DNA of 64,000 bases from an uncultured virus (IMG/VR IMGVR_UViG_3300025132_000002) (Duplodnaviria; Heunggongvirae; Uroviricota; Caudoviricetes). Numbering within the stretch: the first letter of the stretch is position 1; every line of letters begins with the position of its first letter. This document shows, in pieces, positions 55,451 to 64,000 of this stretch. The position numbers and the translations under genes are program-made. The stretch lies in the IMG/VR virus record IMGVR_UViG_3300025132_000002. One strand, written 5' to 3'. Below the pieces are notes generated by a model. That model saw nothing but the letters and a program-made list of their open reading frames with translations, had not been told where the DNA came from and did no database searches.

Positions 55451-56968
55451 ATGAACACCGCAGATTTATTGGCCGGTATACAAGCCGCAAAGGCATCTCC
55501 TCCCCCTGCCGAGGCCCCACCAGCCGAAGAGGCTAAGGCCCCCGATACGCCCCCTGCTGCCCCTGCAAAGGCTGCAACGCCCCCGGCTAAGGCTTCGGGT
55601 AAGACTTCGGGTGGTAGCGGCCTTACAGCGGCTCAGAAGGCAGAACGGGACGCAGCGGCCCGACGTAGACGGGAACAGGCAGAAGCCGCAAAAGCAAAGG
55701 CAGAAGTAGAAGCAGAAGATCCTGCTATGCCTCCAATGCCTGAACTTACCCCGTTCTTTGAGGCTTCTCCCCGCGCCGGTAGAGGTATAGATTCTATTAG
55801 AAGCACCAGTAAGGCTATTAAAACTACACCAGGGTATAGCGCGGCTAAAGAGGTAGCTGATTACGCCTCATCTTCTTCTAGAATAGGCGAGAGACTGGGA
55901 GATGCTTTTTCCGGCGATACCCGACCTTCTTACGAAGCGATGGTAGCAGCCTTGCCCAGAGCGGCAAAAGACGCTTATGATGTAGATATCTACGATAAGG
56001 CTGAAAATAGGGCGATGTTGCTCAAAGCTATTAAGCCGGATTCGGCTGTTATGGCCGCTGCTCCTGAGTTTAAAACAGAAAAAGGGGCAGAACTATATAG
56101 GAATGCCGCTAAAGGCGCGGCGCTTAAAAAGTTACTAGCGCTTAAAAGCTTATATCCAGAAATGAGCGCAGAGGCAGAGTTTTTTGAAATCGACACAGCG
56201 TCAAAACGTCCTACATATGCTGGAGTTATGGACCTAAAAGTAGAAGACAAAGAAGGTAATAGATCTGCTCCTTCTTTATTGGCCCGGTTAAATAAAAGTT
56301 TAGACATTGTTACAGCCCCTTCAATAAGACCTTACGCACCAGAAGAAACATTACCGGGGTTTAAAGACAATGTATTTGCAGACGATATACGTTCTGACCT
56401 GATGTTATCTCCTCCCCCTGAAGTTGTAGATTACCTACAGGGTTTAGCTGATGGGCCGCCTTACGATTTTCAAGAAAATAGAAACCAAGAAGAAATGGCT
56501 AGATTATACGCTGCCGCAGGATATGGCCCTTCTGTCACGCCCTCGCCTACATTAAGTAGCAGAATTGGCGACTACTATGAAGGCTTAAAGCAACAAAGTA
56601 TAGCGCGCGGTGAAGCAGAAGAACAAGAAAGACTGGATGAAGTCTACCAAACCGCGATGCGCACGGCAACGCCCCCGGTGCCTGAAGAAACTATGCAAGA
56701 ATATATGGAGAGGCGCGCAACGGCTAAAAGAATGATAGACCATGCAAATTATAACAGACTTAGAGATGTTAATAACGCACCCTTATTTGCTGATCGCGCA
56801 CAAAGATACATGGAAAGTAGGGCCGTTGGTAAGTCAATAGAAACTGTTGAAGCGGAGCGGAAAGCAGCAGAGTTAGAAAAAATGAGAGATATGTCTGACG
56901 ATGAGCTTACCCAATATTTACTAACTAGCGGAAACTACCCCAACGCACCAAGTCTTCGCAGGAATTAA
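55451..56968 (+). CDS. Putative internal virion protein
   Basis: Ala/Pro-rich N-terminus, no Cys seen. Confidence 0.6.
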   Translation: MNTADLLAGIQAAKASPPPAEAPPAEEAKAPDTPPAAPAKAATPPAKASGKTSGGSGLTAAQKAERDAAARRRREQAEAAKAKAEVEAEDPAMPPMPELTPFFEASPRAGRGIDSIRSTSKAIKTTPGYSAAKEVADYASSSSRIGERLGDAFSGDTRPSYEAMVAALPRAAKDAYDVDIYDKAENRAMLLKAIKPDSAVMAAAPEFKTEKGAELYRNAAKGAALKKLLALKSLYPEMSAEAEFFEIDTASKRPTYAGVMDLKVEDKEGNRSAPSLLARLNKSLDIVTAPSIRPYAPEETLPGFKDNVFADDIRSDLMLSPPPEVVDYLQGLADGPPYDFQENRNQEEMARLYAAAGYGPSVTPSPTLSSRIGDYYEGLKQQSIARGEAEEQERLDEVYQTAMRTATPPVPEETMQEYMERRATAKRMIDHANYNRLRDVNNAPLFADRAQRYMESRAVGKSIETVEAERKAAELEKMRDMSDDELTQYLLTSGNYPNAPSLRRN

Positions 56969-56970
56969 CA

Positions 56971-59900
56971 ATGGCCGAGCAAGCTAACTTTGACACGTAT
57001 CAGCTTACGGCTGATATCTTCGAAGCCGAAAAGCGTACAGATAGGGGCGAACAAGGAAATCAGTTCGATGCTATGTCTGCCGCAGATGTGGTAGATCAGT
57101 ACGCATTTAAATATACTGGCGGCGATACCAATAAGTTTGTCGAGCAGCTTGCAGCCCAGAACTATCGTCTCACTGAAGTTATTAACAAAGCTACAGAAAA
57201 TCCATACGGCTACGCAGACTATAAAGAGTTAGAGAAAGCCAGAGATGCTGCGCCTGCTGCAACGGGCCCAGAGGCTACTGTTGACTATCTTAATATGCCT
57301 ATTAGGGAAATTGGAGAGATGGGCGTCTTCACGGATGATATTCCTGTAGAAGACTACGACATAATGAATGCTAACTACGTAGACGCTAACTGGTCCGGTA
57401 TAGTTTCTGCCGCTAACGAAACTGTTGGCATTCTTTCCGACGAAGCTGTGAGTGAGATGAGGCAGTGGTCGCACGGAGAAGACTTAGATTCTAGCTACAT
57501 AAGAAAGTACACATTACAGAATTTAAAGAGTAGGGGAATATACGAAAACACAGATAAGTTTTTTGAGTCTTATGACGAAGAGCATAGAAAAGTTATTAAC
57601 GCTTTAATGTTGCAGCGCACATATGGGCGCCACACAGCCACTATTAGAATGACGCTGGATGAGTACGCCAACCCAAGTGAAGCTTTGGGCGGCAAAGTTT
57701 TAGATGCTGTCAGCCCCCAAATTAAGTTTCTGGGCGTGGGTAAAAATAACCAATTAGTTTATGTGTCCGAGAGCACTGCTCGATACGGCACCGATATGTT
57801 GGACATTCCTAAGATGGCCGTTATTGGTGCGTTAAAGTACGGCCCATCTGAGTTTGAGCGCGGTATTTCTGAACGGGCTATGGCGTCTAAAGAACTGTAT
57901 GAAGTAGGCGCGGCTACTGGTATTCCAGGGCTTAAATACTTTGGCGGTGCTTTAGGTTTCGTAGCAGACATATTAGCCCCTGACTTAACTGTTGCCGGGG
58001 GATTGGTTACCAAGGGCGCAAAGCTCGCTGTAAAGACCGGCACTAAGCTGGGTGAAGCCGCTTCAATTATACGTAAAGCTACAAAGACTATGCCCGAGTC
58101 TGATTTCGTGGCAACGGAGATCAAGAGTATCGGGGAGCTGTTTGAAACTGCCGCCAGAAACAATGACCGGGCCGCAGCAATCGAAGCTTCTGAAAGATAC
58201 GCCAAGGTTAGAGCGGAGAACCCCGCTTTACGCGATGCTATGGATAGAGGCATTGAAGCCTACGCAGCGGAAAGAACCGAGCAAGCTAGAAACTTGCTGA
58301 AAGAAGGTAAGCTTACTGACGATATTAGAGAAGATGCTTTGCTCAGCCTGCAAACTGCGGGTAAGATTAAAGTTAAGAAAGTTACAAGCAAAGCAGATAA
58401 AGACCTTCAACCGCTGTTTAAAACCTCCGAGCTTAGAACAGGCGCCAGAAAAGACGCACTAAACCGAGGTGTAATCAAAGCTTTAGATACAGCGGAAATA
58501 CCCCGCTACGATAAGTCTTTAGCTGATTTGGACAAAGCAGAAAAAATCATAGCTACTAAGGGTGAGTACAGAACCACCGCTCCCCAAGTTAAGGAAGCTT
58601 TCACTAAACTGCTGAAAGTTAGAGCGGCAGAATATTTAGAGGCTGCTCCGCCTATAGGTAAAAGCCGGGCGCCATCTGTTACCCCCAAACTGTCTACACT
58701 GCTTAAAAATATAGCTCGTGGGTCTAAAGATAAGCCCCTGGCAGCAATAGAAAATGATTTGCTGGTCATTATTGAAAAGCGCGCAGGTGTAGGTAACCGG
58801 GGCGATGCAGAATATGAAAAAGCTACAGAGCGGGTTGCTAACTACTTTGCGTCTTTTGTTAATGACGACGCGCTTGACGTTTTAGAAAAGAAAGCACGCA
58901 GTCGTGCTAAGACGATTGAAAAAAATAGAAAGTATAATCGCGACAGAGAAGTTAAAATTAAAGAGGCTCGCAAGCTTCAGCGAGAAATTGATGTCGCCCT
59001 TATAGACGTTAGAGACAACCAGCGGCTCAAAACTCGTGCGTTGAAAAGCGCAGAAGAGGCTGTTTCTGATGTAGAGCGTAGATTGGCTGGAGCCAAAGCA
59101 CTGGCTAAGTCGTCTAAAACAAGCAAAAACGAAATAAAGCAGTTAGAAAAAGTCAAGAAACTTCTGATAGAGAAGGGAGACTTGCTGATTGAGCAGGCTT
59201 TTCTACAAAAGCTTAAAGACGCAGAGTTCTTAGCAGGCTTTTACAAATCTGATAAGACGATAAAAGAAGTAGCTAAGGCTGCTGAACAGTACGAAAATGT
59301 AGTAAGAAAGATTCAGGATGCCAGGGTCGGTTACTACGCCCGTATTGGTACACCAGATGAGATTGCCGAAACAACTGCCGCAATATACAGAAATCAGTTA
59401 GAGACGTTATTTACAGAGTTAGCTGAGTACAGAAAAAGACTCGTTAAGACTAGAGGCACAATAACTCCTGACGCTAGCAAACGGGCAATAGCGCGTTTTG
59501 ACGAGTTAACTGAGCGGTATAAAGCTGCTTCAGCACAGGTAAAAATCCACAAAGAAGAGTTAAAGGCAGTTAAGGCAGCTCTAAAGCAAGCTAAAAAAGA
59601 AAGTAAGCTCGCTGATGCTGCTGCCGCTGCATTGCGTAAGCGCTTAAATAAAAGCTTAAAGGTTGAGGCTGTGGCTAAGGCCCGTAAGGCCCGCGATATA
59701 CCTGATGATTTATTTATTGAGCAGCAAGCTTTCTTAGATCGTTTTGTGGCCGAAAACATTGACGCGCTTGACGAACTGTACAAATACTTTTATGCTTACG
59801 GCAAAACTAGCGCTGCATTAGAGCAGGTAGCTAGAACTCGCCAAGCAGTAAACTTTAATATGCGCACAACGGGAGAGGCGCTGCAAATACTGGGCGACCG

Positions 59901-62900
59901 TATTAAAGCCGGTAAGCGTGTGTCTGCTACGCTTTTAGCCGACACGTCGAGCATGAAAGAGATCCGCAACTCAGATGTCGTGCAGGAGCTTATTGCGAGA
60001 GCCCCCAGCTTAGACCCCGCTACGGTGCCTCAGGCTTTAGAGATATTAGGCGCAAAGCACGGTGTATTGGCAGAGAGTATTGCGGACGGCATACTCAGCG
60101 GCAATCCCATTGTAACCACCGTTGACGGGGTTGAAGTGCTCTTAGACGCATCGTTTGTGTCTAAAACTCAGCTTAAACTAGACGATGCTGCTTACATTGC
60201 GGCTAACACTCAATCGCCTAGATACTCTATGAAAGAGTCATTCGAAGGCTTTGACCCAGAAAAAGCTACAGGTAAGATCGATAAAGCTTTGCACATCGGT
60301 AAAAAGACGGGCAAAACAAAGAACATTCTTAGCATTATTCGTAATGTGACTATCGGGGGCGAAGTTACTCCTGAGCTTATCAATCTCAGCGATCCCTTGA
60401 AGCGGGTTGTTCAGCGCATACCTAGAGCTATCAGCCAAACAATCGGTGACTTGGCTAAGTTAATGCAGGACGGAGATCCTGATAGCATCATTAAGTTCCT
60501 TGCCGGTCAGCAGGGCACATTCTCCGACAAGCGCCAAATTCTGTCTAGCGGCTTTCCATCCGTAGCTAGTGTGTTTTCTTTATCTTTAGAGCGCACACTT
60601 GAAAGAATGGCGGCAATAAAAGGCAACGCAGAAAGCGTAAAAGCACTGAGGTTTTTGTTTAGTCAAGAGTTAAATAGCCAGGGTAGGGTAAACATTGAGC
60701 TATTAAAAACAACAGACCCCGCGATGTTTAATAAGGCTCAAAAGGCTTTAGTTAACATGCTACAATCTGGAGCCAGTAGAAAAGAGGCAGACTTAAAAGA
60801 TATTGACAGAGCGTTAGACGCTACGTCAGATATTGCTGTAAACCCTGAAGTTGTGTCTGTGCCAATGCCCAGAGCTATCATTGATATCCTAGACTACACT
60901 CAGACAGATTACTTAGACACTACAACAGTAACGGTAGAAACGTTAACGCTGCTGCACACATTATTTAATGCAGGCCGTAAAGTTGACAACGCCGAAGAAG
61001 CTACTAAAGCTCTTATTCTGGGCATACAAAACGCTTACACAGCCGGAAGCGCCGCAGAATCATTAGAGCGTGGCCGCACGGCTATGCACCGAGCTTTGCC
61101 TATCTTAGCGGCTCACACAAAAGCCAGCGCGGTTATAAACGATATCGGTGATACTGGCTTGTCTTTAAGCGCTAAAGACTATAAATATTGGCAAGCTTAC
61201 GTAAACGGTCATACCGTTCCTTATGAATGGCGTACTACACGGCTTCAAGAGCTTATAGACCTTACCGGCGACTCGGTTATGTTCCGCGCTATGGATGTTA
61301 TGGGCGAACAACGGTTCATGCCCGAGCAGGCATTCACGGTTATGAACAGGGCCATAAACAGCGCTAAGGATAAGGCAGCATTCTTACAAAAAGCTCCCGA
61401 CACCAAAGAAGTTATCAACAAAGAGTACATAAAAAACATAGTCACAAAGACTATGGCTATTAGAGTGTACGGCGCGTTTTTCTTCCGCTCGCGCTTTGGT
61501 ATTGACTCTTTGTATGAAGGTACTTCTAACGCCATGCAGATTGGCGGTATGACGCCAGCATCCTTGTACTTAATACGGCAGTTTAGTCAAGTACCTACTA
61601 TGTTCCCCGGCGTTATTCAAGCGTCTCACTTTACCAATAGAATGGCTACGTGGTCGACAAAACTACTGGATCCCGGCGGTCCTTTAGATGGAGTGCCCGA
61701 CATAGTTAGAACTATAGCAAAGGGTGTTGCTGATAACTCATCTCCAGAAGATGTACAAAGCTTCTTCCAGAAGATCGGAGACGCCGCAGCAAATAAGTTT
61801 GGGGAGTTTATCGGGGCCGGTCGCTGGCAGATGGACGTAAATAAAATGCTTGCGGGGTCTGATGAAATCGTAACACTGCCCGATGGCAGTATGTACACAT
61901 ACAAAACCCTAAGAGATATGGCTGTTGCAGAAGGAGTCCCTGGGGGCTCTATGCAGGCTAACTTCTTCGCGTCTAACATAAAGTCAAGGCTTACTGGATT
62001 TAGCGGTACCGCTGAAGCAGAAACGTATTTAGCCAAAACTCGCGGCTTATTAGGCGAAGAAGCTAGAAGTCTCACCGGTCTGGTAGAAAACTACGCTAAA
62101 AGTTTAGGTGAACGCGAACGGCTTAGTATGTTCGCGGCGTTTATTGCTTCTGGCTACAAGCCTGTAGAAGCTTCTGAAATGGTTAGAAGATCGCTGTTTG
62201 ATTACCAACAAACTTTGTCTGAGTTTGATTACGGCCTGATGACCAGAATCATGCTGCCGTACTGGTCATTCCATAAGAACAACTCTCGTCTACAGCTAGA
62301 CTCTATGCTCGACCCCATGACAGCGTACCGGGCGGGTATTGTTAGAAAAGGGCCTCAGTCCGCACTTGTTTTACTACAAGAAAGCGTTAATGACTTTTAC
62401 ATAGATGACTTGGGCGTTCAGGTCAATATGCTGGATGAAGATCGTCAGATTGTGTATGAAGAATACAAAAAAGCTATTCTTACTGACTTAGGGCAAACTA
62501 GATTTACCGAAGAACAAAAGTCTGTTATGCGGTCTATTCTGCTGGGCATTAGCGCCGGGTATAAGGATAAGGGTAAGGAGTTTGGTACAGGCGCGGCTCT
62601 ACTAAAGATAAACTACATTAAAGATGTGATTGGTGTGAGTGACGCCATGCAGGTTAATCCTTATGTGCAGGGTTACGTTAAGCCCTATCAGCAAGGCCGC
62701 CCTGTATTCTTCTTCCCTTCAGACCTTAAAGACCCTGATACAAACTTCAGAAAACAGGTAAACGCTCCGGCTTTATTTAACTATCTGGCTTTGCCTGAGT
62801 CTGGACAAGCTGCATTTGCTTCGCACATACTTGCATTGGGCACCGCTTCGGCTTCATTAGCCTTAGCTGGAACAAGTGATCTTACGACTTCCGATGCACT

Positions 62901-63360
62901 GCTTAAAAACATTCCAGAAGCATTAGAAACTACGCTCTCTCCTGAGTTTAACCCCGTAGCAAACCTAGCCTTAAAAACAGTTGGAGCGACTACCAGAAGT
63001 GGGCAGGGCTCTATTAGAATATCCAGCGATGTCCATAAGTTGTTTCAGAATGTAGGCTGGGATGTTTCTTTTGAGGTTCCTGAGAAGATAGTAGCAGGAA
63101 AAGTTGTTAGCCCTAAAAGGTACTATGCAAGTGCTTGGGCCGGGGCGTTAATAAATCTTGTTCCTACTGCTGCTCAGGGCTCTAAAGAACTAGAGGTATT
63201 AGAGGCCGAAGGTGTGGGAGTTTCTGGAGATCCGGTGTTTGACCTCTCCCTAAACACCGCAAAACTGTTTGGCTTACAAATAGAGCGCGGAGACCCCGAA
63301 GCTGTTATGCGGCAGGTACAGCCGTCTGATACAATCAGAACCTATCGCCCCCAGAACTAA
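56971..63360 (+). CDS. Large internal virion/ejection protein
   Basis: 2129 aa, helical; C-terminal LFDY...LS.F...M..I..PYWSF..N motif common in large podovirus internal proteins. Confidence 0.65.
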   Translation: MAEQANFDTYQLTADIFEAEKRTDRGEQGNQFDAMSAADVVDQYAFKYTGGDTNKFVEQLAAQNYRLTEVINKATENPYGYADYKELEKARDAAPAATGPEATVDYLNMPIREIGEMGVFTDDIPVEDYDIMNANYVDANWSGIVSAANETVGILSDEAVSEMRQWSHGEDLDSSYIRKYTLQNLKSRGIYENTDKFFESYDEEHRKVINALMLQRTYGRHTATIRMTLDEYANPSEALGGKVLDAVSPQIKFLGVGKNNQLVYVSESTARYGTDMLDIPKMAVIGALKYGPSEFERGISERAMASKELYEVGAATGIPGLKYFGGALGFVADILAPDLTVAGGLVTKGAKLAVKTGTKLGEAASIIRKATKTMPESDFVATEIKSIGELFETAARNNDRAAAIEASERYAKVRAENPALRDAMDRGIEAYAAERTEQARNLLKEGKLTDDIREDALLSLQTAGKIKVKKVTSKADKDLQPLFKTSELRTGARKDALNRGVIKALDTAEIPRYDKSLADLDKAEKIIATKGEYRTTAPQVKEAFTKLLKVRAAEYLEAAPPIGKSRAPSVTPKLSTLLKNIARGSKDKPLAAIENDLLVIIEKRAGVGNRGDAEYEKATERVANYFASFVNDDALDVLEKKARSRAKTIEKNRKYNRDREVKIKEARKLQREIDVALIDVRDNQRLKTRALKSAEEAVSDVERRLAGAKALAKSSKTSKNEIKQLEKVKKLLIEKGDLLIEQAFLQKLKDAEFLAGFYKSDKTIKEVAKAAEQYENVVRKIQDARVGYYARIGTPDEIAETTAAIYRNQLETLFTELAEYRKRLVKTRGTITPDASKRAIARFDELTERYKAASAQVKIHKEELKAVKAALKQAKKESKLADAAAAALRKRLNKSLKVEAVAKARKARDIPDDLFIEQQAFLDRFVAENIDALDELYKYFYAYGKTSAALEQVARTRQAVNFNMRTTGEALQILGDRIKAGKRVSATLLADTSSMKEIRNSDVVQELIARAPSLDPATVPQALEILGAKHGVLAESIADGILSGNPIVTTVDGVEVLLDASFVSKTQLKLDDAAYIAANTQSPRYSMKESFEGFDPEKATGKIDKALHIGKKTGKTKNILSIIRNVTIGGEVTPELINLSDPLKRVVQRIPRAISQTIGDLAKLMQDGDPDSIIKFLAGQQGTFSDKRQILSSGFPSVASVFSLSLERTLERMAAIKGNAESVKALRFLFSQELNSQGRVNIELLKTTDPAMFNKAQKALVNMLQSGASRKEADLKDIDRALDATSDIAVNPEVVSVPMPRAIIDILDYTQTDYLDTTTVTVETLTLLHTLFNAGRKVDNAEEATKALILGIQNAYTAGSAAESLERGRTAMHRALPILAAHTKASAVINDIGDTGLSLSAKDYKYWQAYVNGHTVPYEWRTTRLQELIDLTGDSVMFRAMDVMGEQRFMPEQAFTVMNRAINSAKDKAAFLQKAPDTKEVINKEYIKNIVTKTMAIRVYGAFFFRSRFGIDSLYEGTSNAMQIGGMTPASLYLIRQFSQVPTMFPGVIQASHFTNRMATWSTKLLDPGGPLDGVPDIVRTIAKGVADNSSPEDVQSFFQKIGDAAANKFGEFIGAGRWQMDVNKMLAGSDEIVTLPDGSMYTYKTLRDMAVAEGVPGGSMQANFFASNIKSRLTGFSGTAEAETYLAKTRGLLGEEARSLTGLVENYAKSLGERERLSMFAAFIASGYKPVEASEMVRRSLFDYQQTLSEFDYGLMTRIMLPYWSFHKNNSRLQLDSMLDPMTAYRAGIVRKGPQSALVLLQESVNDFYIDDLGVQVNMLDEDRQIVYEEYKKAILTDLGQTRFTEEQKSVMRSILLGISAGYKDKGKEFGTGAALLKINYIKDVIGVSDAMQVNPYVQGYVKPYQQGRPVFFFPSDLKDPDTNFRKQVNAPALFNYLALPESGQAAFASHILALGTASASLALAGTSDLTTSDALLKNIPEALETTLSPEFNPVANLALKTVGATTRSGQGSIRISSDVHKLFQNVGWDVSFEVPEKIVAGKVVSPKRYYASAWAGALINLVPTAAQGSKELEVLEAEGVGVSGDPVFDLSLNTAKLFGLQIERGDPEAVMRQVQPSDTIRTYRPQN

Positions 63361-63383
63361 GCGGCTAAACAATAGGATTAATC

Positions 63384-63854
63384 ATGTACGAAGGTTGGTC
63401 ACACACAGGTTTTGCTTACGCTTCGGCAGTAAGTTTGTCTGGTTCTGAGGCAACGGCGGAGCTTTTGCCTAATGGTGGTGTTGGGGCAGGCGGCTTTTCA
63501 CGCACAGTATTTAAGCTTGCTTACATTACCGTGGATCTCAGTTCTATTGCTAACGCTCCGGCTGAAGTTGAAGTGTCCCTTACCTGGGATGCTGGCGGTG
63601 ACCACTTTATCACCGACGCTCCGTTAGTGGGAACCATACAGATTGGTAAGACTACGGCAACAGATGGTACGGCTGTTATCAATATCCCTAATGCCTACAA
63701 CCTTGCTCACCCGCCTAAAGGTATTTACACCAACGCAACCACAGATAAAGCGGATAAAATCATAAAGGTGTGGGCACGGATTAAGCTGAACGGTGGGTCT
63801 TCTCCGACCGCCACAGCAAACATTAGAGCCGGTTTCTACCATGGGGGCCTGTGA
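63384..63854 (+). CDS. Hypothetical structural protein
   Basis: Beta-rich ORF with AGGA RBS. Confidence 0.6.
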   Translation: MYEGWSHTGFAYASAVSLSGSEATAELLPNGGVGAGGFSRTVFKLAYITVDLSSIANAPAEVEVSLTWDAGGDHFITDAPLVGTIQIGKTTATDGTAVINIPNAYNLAHPPKGIYTNATTDKADKIIKVWARIKLNGGSSPTATANIRAGFYHGGL

Positions 63855-64000
63855 TGACTAACTATTCCGAAGCACGGTTTACATTAGCGCGCACAAGCCG
63901 ATCTGCCACTGATTCATTTAGTTCGCATGACTTGCAGCGGGTAGATAAAGATATTCACATTGAAAACTTAGACTTTAGGTTTTCTGCTACGGCTAATGGT
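63854..64000 (+). CDS. Partial ORF running off the window
   Basis: TGATG coupling; 49 open codons. Confidence 0.5.
   Translation, partial: MTNYSEARFTLARTSRSATDSFSSHDLQRVDKDIHIENLDFRFSATANG

Noticed and set aside
56971..63360. Virion RNA polymerase (N4- or crAss-like) that would read the hairpins
   Set aside because: No DxDGD or T7-type polymerase motifs recognised; the C-terminal motif fits ordinary ejection proteins. A structure search is needed to exclude it.

Overview
This 64 kb window is part of a tailed dsDNA phage genome, probably podovirus-like, with no host genes visible. (1) 1-1.4 kb: C-terminal part of a DUF927-type helicase. (2) 1.4-23 kb, minus strand: a long early/accessory operon with an adenine MTase, a RecD/Dda-like helicase, a pyrimidine-dimer glycosylase, a FixL-like PAS membrane protein, four tRNAs and about 40 small orphan ORFs, most preceded by a TTGGAG(AG) ribosome-binding motif. 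(3) 23-26.5 kb: a mostly non-coding control region. (4) 26.5-31 kb, plus strand: Dam MTase, dUTPase, zinc-ribbon proteins and an HNH endonuclease. (5) 31-36 kb, minus strand: terminase, portal and scaffold. (6) 36-64 kb, plus strand: capsid, tail and large internal/ejection proteins. The most unusual signals are mainly non-coding: eight covarying hairpins with fixed mismatch positions that embed sigma70 promoter elements between early genes; a ~1 kb structured leader with two rRNA-type boxB-boxA sites and a ~380-nt domain closed by a 10-bp stem; several smaller structured RNA candidates, one tRNA-like; and four sigma54 consensus sites. All protein calls come from motif recognition by eye and all pairings were checked by hand. 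No database search or folding program was run.
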